NCBI GenBank assembly: GCA_036149055.1
Contig: JAYZQJ010000192.1
Location: 1-44,435, forward strand
Direction: 5' to 3'
DNA length: 44,435 nucleotides
Source: Myxococcota bacterium
GTDB lineage: Bacteria; Myxococcota_A; Polyangia; Polyangiales; Sandaracinaceae
How positions within the stretch are numbered: the stretch's first letter is position 1; every line of letters starts with the position of its first letter. A program made the translations under genes and the position numbers. The notes below the pieces were generated by a model. That model was not told the origin of the DNA, searched no databases, and saw only the letters and a list, made by a program, of their open reading frames with translations. Shown piece after piece: positions 1-9,263 of this stretch.

Positions 1-247
1 CGCCGCGGGCGTTCGCCTTCGCGATGATCTCCCACAGCCGCGTCGACAGCCGCCGGCCGCGCAGGCTCCAGATGCCGCGCATGACCTTCGACGTGACCAG
101 CACCGGGTGCCGCGCCGCGAAGCGCTCGCGGGTGGTGTGGGGGACCCCCGCCTTCTCTCCCTTGGGCTTGCGACCGGCGCCCTTCCGCGCGCCGCCGTGT
201 CTGAACAGCAGGAGCGTGCCTTGCTTCGCCCTCCTCTTCTTGCGCAT
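1..247 (-). CDS. 5' part of a probable RAYT/IS200-like (Y1 HUH) transposase, running off the window edge
   Basis: Manual translation from ATG at 247: MRKKRRAKQGTLLLFRHGGARKGAGRKPKGEKAGVPHTTRERFAARHPVLVTSKV... The GGARKGAGRKP...GVPH...HPVxVT pattern resembles N-termini of myxobacterial RAYT-like proteins as I recall them. The catalytic HUH/Tyr motifs would lie outside the window. Confidence 0.6.
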   Translation of the reverse strand, partial: MRKKRRAKQGTLLLFRHGGARKGAGRKPKGEKAGVPHTTRERFAARHPVLVTSKVMRGIWSLRGRRLSTRLWEIIAKANARG

Positions 248-315
248 GCCCGTACGGACGCAGAGCCCTCGGCGCGACTGACGCAAATCGCAAGAAAAGA
301 TGCGTATCGCTGCGC

Positions 316-540
316 TTCTCTGCCGATTCATCGGTGCGGGCTCGATTCGGCGGAGAACGCCGGTGGGAGCTCTGCCGATTCATGTGTGTGACCTCGAGCG
401 TGCGGACCCGGCTCGAGAGCGCGACGCGGCGGCGTTCGAAGCTCTGCTGAATCGACTTCGCGGCACCGGATCTCGATTCGGCAGAGATCCGGCGCGAGCG
501 CCCCGTCGCAGAAGGCGCCGCTGCTCTCGATTCGGCAGAG
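316..540. repeat. Cluster of ~14-bp REP-like repeats (CTCTGCCGA(A/T)TC / TCGATTCGGCAGAG) in both orientations
   Basis: Copies at about 318, 342, 370, 442, 473 and 527. The pairs 316-326/347-357 and 442-455/473-486 are inverted with one mismatch each. Confidence 0.75.
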
Positions 541-599
541 TTCTCGGGCAGCCCCACGAACGCGCGGGGCGCCGGCGGTGCGAACGTGCCGCGGCGCTG

Positions 600-1100
600 C
601 TAGCGCTCGATTCGGAAGATCACCCAGACCTGGGCGTCTTCGCGGGACATGCCCCACTGCTCCGCGAGGGCGTCGACGAGCGCCTCGGCAGAGCTGCGCT
701 CGTCCAACAGCCCGTAGCGGTTGAGCTCGAGCTCGATCGACGGCAAGCCCCCGTAGTCCACCAGGAACGACTCCGCGCCGTCGACCACGTCGTAGCCGAG
801 CTGCGTCACGTGGGCAGGTGGGTCCGACGGCATGGACTCTACCGGGAACGCGAGCTGCCCGTAGACCTCCGCGCCCTCCCGGAGCGCGCCTCGACGCGCG
901 GCGCTCGCTTCCAGTCGCCGGACCTGCTCGGCGTCCGGCCAGTCACGGACGGGCGCGCCGCCGAGCGCGGTGTTGGTGATCATCGAACAGCTGTAGAGCG
1001 CGTCCCGGGTGGCGAGCAGCTCCCCTATGCGGGGCTGCATATCGAGCGGCTCGGTGCGAGCCTCGCGCAGAGTGAAGGACGCCTGAGAGAAGTCGGTCAC
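600..1100 (-). CDS. Hypothetical protein (166 aa)
   Basis: Normal amino-acid composition, GTG start preceded by AAGGGA, no recognisable motif. Confidence 0.6.
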   Translation of the reverse strand: MTDFSQASFTLREARTEPLDMQPRIGELLATRDALYSCSMITNTALGGAPVRDWPDAEQVRRLEASAARRGALREGAEVYGQLAFPVESMPSDPPAHVTQLGYDVVDGAESFLVDYGGLPSIELELNRYGLLDERSSAEALVDALAEQWGMSREDAQVWVIFRIER

Positions 1101-1236
1101 GAGTCACATCCCTTGCGGTCGGAGAAGGTATCGCAGCGCGCGCGACGGCGTGCACGTGATGCAAGCTAGCTCGGATCGCGATCGAAAGTTGTGATCACAC
1201 AGGATCTCCTGGGCTACGATCGACGCGGGAGGACGG

Positions 1237-2733
1237 ATGAAATACTGCTTTGGATTCTTCTTCGTGACGGCGCTGGTGCTCGCGGCGCCTCGCGCGGCCG
1301 ACGCGCAGAGCGTTCTGTACTGCCGCGACAGCACGCTCGCGACGGACGCGATGGAGGGTGCGCTCGCGGACTACGCGGCGGCCACACCGACGGCCACGAT
1401 CACCCAGCACCTGATGGACACGAACCTCACCACGTGCGAGGGCTCGCTGGCCTCCGGCACCTTCGACCTCGTGATCGTCGCGGTGCAGAACAACGGGCCG
1501 TACACCACGCCGAACTTCGACGCCCACGTGATGGGCGGCGGCCGCGCCATCTTCACCGACTGGACTCAGACGGCGACCGACGCCGCGATGTTCGAGGCGA
1601 GCTACGCGTCTCAGACGAACCAGACGTCGCTCACGATCCAGCCGCCCTTCGACACGGGCGTCGTGACGAACCCCATCACGCTCATGAACCCGGGCTGGGG
1701 GACGTTCTCGATGACCCTCACGCCGGACGCCGGCGCGACGTCGATCGCCTCGCTCGGCACCGGCTCGGGCGCGGTGCTCTCGTCGACCGGGCGGACGATC
1801 ATCAACGGCATGCTCTTCGACACCGGCGGGATGGACCTGCGCCGGTTCTTCCTGAACGAGGTCCGGGCCCTGCTCGGCCCCGACGCCGACGGTGATGGCG
1901 TGGACGCGCCGATGGACTGCGACGACTTCGATCCGACGGTGTTCCCCGGCGCGCCCGACGTCGCCTGTGACGGCGTTGACAACAACTGCGACGGCACGCC
2001 CGACGACGGCTTCATGTCGACGGTGACGATGTGCGGCGCGGGGGCCTGCGAGGCCACGGGCATGACGACCTGCGTGGCCGGCGTCCCCGGCGACACGTGC
2101 ATGATCGGCACCCCCTCCGTGGACGACCCCACCTGCGACGGCATCGACGACGACTGCGACGGCACGGTGGACGAGGACTACGCCTCGGTGGACACGATGT
2201 GCGGCATCGGACCGTGCGCCGCGACCGGGACCACCACCTGCGTCGAAGGAGCCGTCGTCGACTCGTGCATGCCCGGCACTCCCGCGGGCGAGGACACCAC
2301 CTGCGACGCCATGGACGACGACTGTGACGGCGCAGTCGACGAGGCCTTCGCGGGCGCGACGATGACCTGTGGCGTGGGCGCGTGCATGCAGATGGTCGCC
2401 GAGACCTGCGTCGACGGGATGATCGAGGGCGCCTGCGTCCCCGGCACCCCCGCGGCCGACGACGCGACCTGCGACGGCCTCGACGACGACTGCGACATGA
2501 GCGTCGACGAGGACGGCGCCTGCGACGAGACCGACGCGGGCACGGACCCCGGGGACGCGTCCACCGGGACGCCCGACGCCGGAGTCGGAGCTCCCGACGC
2601 GGGCACGGACCCGATGGCGAGTGGTGGCGGCTGCAGCTGCCGCGTGAGCGATCGCTCCGACTCCGGGAGCCTGCCCTGGGCGCTGGGCCTCACCGGGCTC
2701 CTCGGGCTGGCGCTCTTCCGCCGCCGACGCTGA
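1237..2733 (+). CDS. Secreted Cys/Asp-rich repeat surface protein with putative metal-binding (MopE-like) repeats and MYXO-CTERM sorting signal
   Basis: GGAGG RBS; signal peptide; four CD(G/A)xDxxCD motifs; C-terminal GGGCSC followed by a hydrophobic helix and RRRR. Confidence 0.85.
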   Translation: MKYCFGFFFVTALVLAAPRAADAQSVLYCRDSTLATDAMEGALADYAAATPTATITQHLMDTNLTTCEGSLASGTFDLVIVAVQNNGPYTTPNFDAHVMGGGRAIFTDWTQTATDAAMFEASYASQTNQTSLTIQPPFDTGVVTNPITLMNPGWGTFSMTLTPDAGATSIASLGTGSGAVLSSTGRTIINGMLFDTGGMDLRRFFLNEVRALLGPDADGDGVDAPMDCDDFDPTVFPGAPDVACDGVDNNCDGTPDDGFMSTVTMCGAGACEATGMTTCVAGVPGDTCMIGTPSVDDPTCDGIDDDCDGTVDEDYASVDTMCGIGPCAATGTTTCVEGAVVDSCMPGTPAGEDTTCDAMDDDCDGAVDEAFAGATMTCGVGACMQMVAETCVDGMIEGACVPGTPAADDATCDGLDDDCDMSVDEDGACDETDAGTDPGDASTGTPDAGVGAPDAGTDPMASGGGCSCRVSDRSDSGSLPWALGLTGLLGLALFRRRR

Positions 2734-2747
2734 TCGATCGCGCGTGG

Positions 2748-2779
2748 CGCTCACTCCCGACGCCGGTCGGGAGTGAGCG
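2748..2779. terminator. Perfect 14-bp stem-loop between co-oriented genes (terminator-like or RNA-stability hairpin)
   Basis: CGCTCACTCCCGAC-GCCG-GTCGGGAGTGAGCG; no U-tract. Confidence 0.45.
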
Positions 2780-2786
2780 AGCACCG

Positions 2787-3383
2787 ATGGCGTGGCGCAT
2801 TCACAGCTGGTCTCCGGAGCGCGGGCGCGGCGAGGTGATCTCGCCGCAGCTCGGCCCGTGGGGCTTCGGCGCCGCGGAGAACCCACGAGGGGTCGACTTC
2901 GAGGTCGGCGAGCCGGTCGTGGTCGAGCTCGAGGGGCCGACCGACGCCGGGCGGGTGCGCTCGGTCGTCCCGTGCCGGCAGCGACAGCCGGAGAGGACCG
3001 AGATCGCCGAGCTGGCCGAGCTCCACGCGCGGCGCCCGGTCGACGCACGCGTGGAGACGTGGACCGAAGAGGTCCTCCGCCTCTGGGTGGGAGACTGCTG
3101 CGAGGCGTGCAGCGAGGTCTGGTGGCGCCTCACCTTCCGCCGGCCGTGCGGCCCGGCGTTCGACGCCGACCGAGACGATCTCTCGATGCCGCTCCTCCGC
3201 TACGCGAGCGACGGCGAGATCGCCGAGCACGCCCTCGAAGTGTCCGCCGACCGTCGCGCCTACTGCGTCGTCACCGACCACGGCAGCGGCCCCGACGGCC
3301 CGCGCTTCTACCTCGTCGCCGACGTGCTGGAGGTGGAGCGAGGTGAGAGCCGGAGCTCCCTCGGCCCGCATCACTCGGGGTGA
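2787..3383 (+). CDS. Hypothetical protein, possible cold-shock/OB-fold-like N-terminus
   Basis: ATG at 2787 (MAWRIHSWSPERGRGEV...DFEVGEPVVVE); CCEAC motif mid-protein; the upstream part of the track ORF is a shadow of the previous gene. Confidence 0.6.
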   Translation: MAWRIHSWSPERGRGEVISPQLGPWGFGAAENPRGVDFEVGEPVVVELEGPTDAGRVRSVVPCRQRQPERTEIAELAELHARRPVDARVETWTEEVLRLWVGDCCEACSEVWWRLTFRRPCGPAFDADRDDLSMPLLRYASDGEIAEHALEVSADRRAYCVVTDHGSGPDGPRFYLVADVLEVERGESRSSLGPHHSG

Positions 3384-3387
3384 GGTC

Positions 3388-4203
3388 TCACCCTCCGTGC
3401 CGGGCCAGGTATCGATCCGCGCGGCGCGCGAGCCAGTCGCGACCCAGCGCCGCGTACGCCGCCCGCATGTGCCGGATGGGGGTGAGGTGATCCGGGGTGT
3501 GAACCGTCGCATGAGCCGCGTTGCGGCTGACGGCCAGCGACGAGGCCGCGAAGCCTCGCGATAGCAGACCGCTCGCGCGGTCGAGCTCGGCGCCCAGATC
3601 GAACGTGAGGCTCTCCGGGGCGAGGTCGTCGTCGAACGCGGAGAGCGGCGCGAGCACGCCGATGCCGTCATTGCAGGGCTCGAAGCGCCATCCGGGAGGC
3701 GGCTCGGGCTGGAGCGAGACATCGGAGCGGAGGCCGTCGTCGATCCGCGACACGTCCCGAGCGAGCGAGAGGCCGAGCGCGGTGGCCAGATCGCCGGCGT
3801 CCTCCCGGGCTCGACCGACGACGACGTCGCGCGGCTCTCCCGTGGCGAGATGGAGCGAGGCGTCCCGCACGGCGACCGCGAGCAGCGTCTCCAGCGCCCC
3901 TTGCGCGTCGTCGGCGAGCCAGCATGCCTCTTCGTCGCTGCCGGCCCAGGTCGCCGCGACCGGCTCCGGCCCCTCTGCATACAGCACGAGCCCGACGTAC
4001 ACCTCGCTCCGACGCGCGAGCGGCAGGAGCTCGAGCGGAGCGCCCGGCTCGTCCAGGAGGGAGTCCTCCAGCGAGCCTCCCCACAGCCAGGGCTCGAGGT
4101 CCACCGCCAACGCTCGGCTCGCGGCCGCCTCGCCTCGGGCGGCCGCGTAGTCCGCCAGTCGACGGACGATGTCGGGAACGGGGACGTCGGCGATCGAGAT
4201 CAT
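3388..4203 (-). CDS. Hypothetical protein (271 aa)
   Basis: Protein-like composition begins at MISIADVPVPDIVRRL; 4-nt overlap with the upstream gene. Confidence 0.7.
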   Translation of the reverse strand: MISIADVPVPDIVRRLADYAAARGEAAASRALAVDLEPWLWGGSLEDSLLDEPGAPLELLPLARRSEVYVGLVLYAEGPEPVAATWAGSDEEACWLADDAQGALETLLAVAVRDASLHLATGEPRDVVVGRAREDAGDLATALGLSLARDVSRIDDGLRSDVSLQPEPPPGWRFEPCNDGIGVLAPLSAFDDDLAPESLTFDLGAELDRASGLLSRGFAASSLAVSRNAAHATVHTPDHLTPIRHMRAAYAALGRDWLARRADRYLARHGG

Positions 4204-4547
4204 GACGCCATCCGCGCGCGGGCGGCGTCGAAGAGGGTCCAGCCGTCGAGCTCCTGACCGGTGACCTCGTCCCAGCCGCGGGCGAGGGCCTCGTCGAGGA
4301 GGGCGCGCGCGACGCGGGGGCGATGGAGATTCAGCGCGGCCCCGCGCAGGGCGACGTGTCCGCTGGGCCACCCGTCGCCGACCCCCCGATCGGCGCCGGC
4401 CCGAAAGACGATCCTCAGCGGCGCGGACCGCGGCAGATCGCTGCGGAAGGTCAGCACCTCGGCGCAGGGCCCGGCCTCGTGCTCGTGCCGGACGCGCGTG
4501 CGGTAGATGCGCGCGCCGACGCGGAGGGTGCGGGTCGAGGTGGACAT
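4200..4547 (-). CDS. Small hypothetical protein
   Basis: MSTSTRTLRVG...LNLHRPRVARALLDEALARGW; ATGA overlap with the downstream gene. Confidence 0.65.
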   Translation of the reverse strand: MSTSTRTLRVGARIYRTRVRHEHEAGPCAEVLTFRSDLPRSAPLRIVFRAGADRGVGDGWPSGHVALRGAALNLHRPRVARALLDEALARGWDEVTGQELDGWTLFDAARARMAS

Positions 4548-4608
4548 GGGGAGACGGGAATGGACGGCGGGGTCCGGGCTGTCGAGATACAGTCCGGCGT
4601 CCGCGCGC

Positions 4609-5892
4609 ATGCACCTCGTGTTCTACACCACGCTGTACCGGGAGGGCGGGGCGAGCTTCGAGCGCGCCGCGCGCACGCTGGCGAGCGAGCTCGAGGGCGA
4701 GGTGCGGCTGGAGCGCGTCGAGAGCAAGGCGGCGGTGCGGCGGGTGCTCGCGGAGATCGCGGCGCGCGGGCAGACGATCGACGCGCTGCACATCGTCGCC
4801 CACGCCGGCATGTACGGGCCGATGTTCGGGACCACGCGCTGGCCCGAGCAGTTCAGCCCGCACGAGTGGGAGACGCTCGAGATCCCCTTCGCGCCCGGCG
4901 CCGAGGCGTTCATCCGCACCTGCCGCTCGGCCCGCTGGTTCGCGCCCTTCTTCGCGCGCACCTTCGGCGTGCCGACCTGGGGCTTCCACTGGTACACGGC
5001 GTTCTCCGCCGCGCCGGATCGCTTCGTCTGGCCGGGGCTCCGGCCAGACGGGCCGCTCTACTGCTTCGGCTGCCCGGGCAAGAAGTCGCACGGGCTGCTC
5101 GGCTCGGCGAAGAAGTACGCCGGGCTCACGCGCGCCGAGCCGATGAAGCGCTTCGAGCCCGAGGGCGACGCGACGGTCGGCTACGACAACGTGGCCGAAG
5201 ACTACGACGCCGTCTTCGACGACATCCGGGTGCGGCGCGACGAGGTGCGCTGGATCGAGGCGCGCCTCGACGCCCTCCGCCAGCGGCCGCGGGTGCTGGA
5301 CGTGGGGTGCGGGAACGGCGCGCTGCTGGCGCTGCTCTCCGGGCGCATCGAGCGCGGCTTCGGGGTCGATCGCTCGCGCGGCATGATCGAGCGCGCCGCC
5401 GCTCGGACGGCCGGGATCGACCACGTGTCCGTGCACGCGATCGACGGCCCGTCGCTGCCCTTGCCCGACGCGAGCGTGGACGTCGCGATCTCGATGCTCT
5501 CGTTCCGCTACCTCGACTGGGACCCGATGATCGCCGAGCTCGCCCGGGTGCTGACGCCCGACGGGAGGCTCCTCGTGGTCGACATGGTGGAGAAGCCGGC
5601 CACCGTGAAGCTCCTGCCGCGCGTGCTCTTCGACCGCGCCCGGGTGTTGGCCGACGCCGCGCTCCGGCCCGACTACCGCCGGCGGCTCCGCGCGATGGTC
5701 GCGTCCGACGCGTGGGGGGACGTGCTCGAGCACAACCCGATGCGCGCGCTGCACGAGTACGACTGGTTCCTGCACAGCCGCTTCCCCGCGGGCACGATGG
5801 AGACCCTCAACGTGAGCCGCCGCGCGCGGGTCATCGCGTTCGACAGCGGCCCGATGCGGGACGCGGAGATCCGCGCGCAGGAGTACCCGTGA
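4609..5892 (+). CDS. Class I SAM-dependent methyltransferase with an extra N-terminal (DUF4347-like) domain
   Basis: Motif I VLDVGCGNG, GVDRSRGMI, LPLPDASVDVAIS, LARVLTPDGRLLV. The N-terminal ~180 aa contain IDALHIVAHAG. Confidence 0.85.
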   Translation: MHLVFYTTLYREGGASFERAARTLASELEGEVRLERVESKAAVRRVLAEIAARGQTIDALHIVAHAGMYGPMFGTTRWPEQFSPHEWETLEIPFAPGAEAFIRTCRSARWFAPFFARTFGVPTWGFHWYTAFSAAPDRFVWPGLRPDGPLYCFGCPGKKSHGLLGSAKKYAGLTRAEPMKRFEPEGDATVGYDNVAEDYDAVFDDIRVRRDEVRWIEARLDALRQRPRVLDVGCGNGALLALLSGRIERGFGVDRSRGMIERAAARTAGIDHVSVHAIDGPSLPLPDASVDVAISMLSFRYLDWDPMIAELARVLTPDGRLLVVDMVEKPATVKLLPRVLFDRARVLADAALRPDYRRRLRAMVASDAWGDVLEHNPMRALHEYDWFLHSRFPAGTMETLNVSRRARVIAFDSGPMRDAEIRAQEYP

Positions 5893-6647
5893 GGCTGGGC
5901 ACGCTCGACTGGGGCATCGGCGGGCTGTCGGTCCACCGCGCGCTCCTCGAGGCCGGGGTGGCCGAGTCGGCGGTGTACCTCTCCGACGCCGGCTTCACGC
6001 CCTACGGCAAGCTCGACGACGACGCCCTCGCGGCGCGGGTCGCCGACCGGGTCGAGTTCCTGCGCTCGCTCGGCTGCACCCACGTGGTGCTCGGCTGCAA
6101 CGCGGCGAGCACCGTCATCGACCACCCCCGCGTCCAGGCCGAGGCGGCGGAGCTGAGCGACCTGCTCGGAGTGATCGCGCCCGCGGTCGAGGCGGTGCGG
6201 GCCGCGCGCCCGGCCGACGTGGCGATCCTCGGGGGGCGCCGCACGGTCGAGTCCGACGCCTACGGCGCGCCGCTGCGCGAGGCCGGCGTCCAGGTCCGGC
6301 AGCGGGTCGCGCAGCCGCTCTCGGCGCTGATCGAGGCGGGCGTGCTGAGCGGCCCGGCGCTCGACGCGGAGCTCGAGGAGATCTGCGCCCCGGTCGCCGA
6401 CGCCCGCGCCGTCGTGCTCGCCTGCACCCACTACCCGGCGATCGCGAGCGCGATCACCGCGCGCTTCGCCCAGCTCGAGCTCACCGTCGACCCCGCGGTC
6501 GAGACGGCGCGCGTGGCGGTGGAGCGATGGGGCGCGCGTCACCCCGCGCGCGTCGTCGACGACGCGAGGACGAGCGGGGATCCGATCGCGAGCGAGCGCG
6601 CGGCCCACGCCGCGTTTGGAGCGGAGGTCCGCTTCGTCCCGAGCTAG
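5889..6647 (+). CDS. murI: Glutamate racemase family protein (Asp/Glu racemase)
   Basis: DWGIGGLSV, PYG, LGCNAAS and LACTHYP give both catalytic Cys. GTGA overlap with the methyltransferase. May be a divergent paralog. Confidence 0.8.
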   Translation: MRLGTLDWGIGGLSVHRALLEAGVAESAVYLSDAGFTPYGKLDDDALAARVADRVEFLRSLGCTHVVLGCNAASTVIDHPRVQAEAAELSDLLGVIAPAVEAVRAARPADVAILGGRRTVESDAYGAPLREAGVQVRQRVAQPLSALIEAGVLSGPALDAELEEICAPVADARAVVLACTHYPAIASAITARFAQLELTVDPAVETARVAVERWGARHPARVVDDARTSGDPIASERAAHAAFGAEVRFVPS

Positions 6648-6697
6648 CTCGATCGAGGGAAGGGCGAGGACGCGACGTCGTATACGCTCTGCGATCG

Positions 6698-9102
6698 ATG
6701 GGCAGCAACGGACACACGCTCGTCTTCGGCCACCCGGGGGGCGAGCGCAGGCACGGCGCGCTGCGCGACCTCGTCACCGACCTCGTCGAGGAGTTCTGGT
6801 CGGTCTCGGCCGGCCACTTCCACGAGGGCTACGACTACCGACTCGAGGCGGAGCCGCTGGACGACGGCTCACGCTTCACCGCGTGGTTCTCCGACGAGGC
6901 GGGGACGCGGAACATGTCGGCCGCGCTGGCACCTCACCTGCTCAGCTACTTCCTCGCCGAGCGACGCGGGCGAGTCCACGCCGTGGCCCTGGGGATCGAC
7001 GCAGAGTGGAGAGACGCGCCCAGCGCCTTCGCGGACGCGACCACCGCGGGCACGTTCGTCCGTCGGGACGCGCGCTGGTTCCGGGTCGGCGCCGACCGCC
7101 TGTACGGCGACGGGGCGGAGACCCGCGCGACGACCGACGAGCCGTACCGGTGCGAGTGCTGGGGCTGCGAGAGGGTGCGCGACATCGAGGCGGGCCGCGA
7201 CGTCGACGATCCTCGGGGGCACGCCCTGGCGGCGCTCGTACGAGACCGCCGCGACCCGCTGCGCCTGTTCGAGGCCGCCTACTTCCGCCTCGCGGTCGCG
7301 CGCCCGGAGGACCGAGGCGATGACACGTTCGGCGGCCTCCCGGAGCGCCGCGAAGAGCTCGCGGAGCGCGCCTTCGAGTGGAGCCCGGAGGGAGCGCTGG
7401 AGACGATCGTCGCGCACCTCGACGCCGAGGGGGCGAAGGTCGCCCACGCGCTCCCGGAGCTGTTCGAGGCCGCACCGGACGAGCAGCTCCGCGCGCTGCT
7501 GGACGTGTGGCTGTCGGCGGTCGAGCACCCGAGCGAGGCCACCCGCGCCGCCGCCTTCTCCGCCGCCGAGGAGCTCGTGCGGCCCGCTTCTCGCTCGAGG
7601 ACCCGCTTCGCCCAGCGCGAGCGGGGGCAGACATCCGAGACGGGTCGCCCTTCGAACGACTGCGCGCCGTGCTCGACTCCGGCGCCGCCCCCGCCACGGC
7701 CGGTCAGATCGAGGCGGCTGGCGCGCTGCTCCTCGGGTCGATCGCCGACGAGGACGAAGCGGCGGCGAAGGCCGGGGTGGAGCTGGTTCGCTGGGCCCGC
7801 GCGGCGACGACGCCGGAGGTCCGGGAGGCGGCGAGCGCGTGGGCGCAGCAGCCGTCCGTTCGGATGGCCCTCGCCCGCGGCGACGCAGCAGAGAGCCGGG
7901 CCGAAGGGGTCGCGCTCGATGGGTCGCGCTCCTCGGGGCGCGCCTCCCGGAGACCCGCGCACGCCGCGATCGACGCCCTCCTGGAGGAGCTGGAGCCGAG
8001 CCTGGGGGCCGAGACCCCGCCCCTCGACGAGTCGTCGACGTACGCGCGTCTCGTGGAGGGATCACCGTCGGAGCGCGCCGAGGTCGTGACCGCGTTGGTC
8101 GAGCGCCGACTCGACATCCAGCGTCGCCACCCCCCGCGGTCCCCCGCGACGGACACTCCAGAGAGCGCCGCGATGGAGTGGCGCAGCGAGGCGCTGTGGA
8201 GCGCCGCGAAGCAGCTGATGGCTCGACGCGTGGAACCCTCAGCATCGACGCTGCGGGACCTCCTGCGCGCGGTGGTGGAGCTGGACGAGCCCGCCTACCA
8301 CTGGAGACCGGAGTTCGTGCAGCTGCTCGAGGCCCAGGAGCGTGACAACGGGCTCGACGGCCCCAGTCGAGAGATGGTGAGAGCCGCCCTCGAAGGGCTG
8401 CGGGAGGCGTACTCCTACACCGAGGCGCACCCGTTCGTCCGACGCGTGGCGCTGCTCCTCGAGCGCCCGGACGGCGTCGACACGCGGTACTGGGTCCCCG
8501 GGCTGCGGCCCGGAGAGGCGGCCTGGTCGGACCGGTGCCTCGCCTTCCTCACCGAGCTCCCCGAGGCCGAACGCGGCCGCTGGCGGTGGTGGCTGACGCA
8601 CGCCGCCCTCCGGAAGAGCGAGGGCGTGTCGCGCGCGTGGGGTCAGGAGGAGCGCGAGCCGCGGGACGCCCTCGGCCTGGACCGGCCGCCCCATCGCGCC
8701 TGGTCCGAGGAGAGCCGTGAAGCGCGGGACGCTCTCGGGCGGCAGGAGATCATCGACCGGCTGATCGCGTGGTTCAGTCCCCGCGTCCCCATCCAGGATG
8801 CGCCCTTCGGCGTCCCCGACGACAACGCGTGTCTCGCCGCGACGCTCCTGTGGTCGCTCGAGGACGTCGAGGGCGCGGCCGCGACGCGCGCCATCGGGCT
8901 GATCACGGCGTTCCTGCTTCCGCTGGACGATGCCTTTCGACACCACCAGCTCGCCGCGCTGGAGCATCTCTTCAGGCGTGGAACCGACGAGGCGACCGCG
9001 ACCTACCGAGACCTCGCCGAGGAGGCGCGAGGGGCGTCGGGACGCATCCACCTCTGGAGCGAGCTGATGGAAGGACTGAAGACGATCGAGGCTTCGGCCT
9101 AG
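6698..9102 (+). pseudogene. Large (~800 aa) hypothetical gene split by a single frameshift near 7575-7650
   Basis: The frame from ATG 6698 is protein-like until about 7630; the -1 frame (ORF 7378-9102) is protein-like afterwards. One extra G in the G5 run at 7623-7627 would fuse them. Could be a sequencing error. Confidence 0.65.
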
Positions 9103-9263
9103 AGCGGCAATCAGTTTGAAACCACCGGCGCTGCGGGGCGGGACCGCGGCCAGGCGCGCCCGGTCGCTCCTCGACGATGCCCTAGCATCGCCTCGTCCCG
9201 CCCGAGCACGCCTGACCGCCGTCGCGCTACCGCATCCCTCGGCTCTCCAAACTGATCGCCGCT

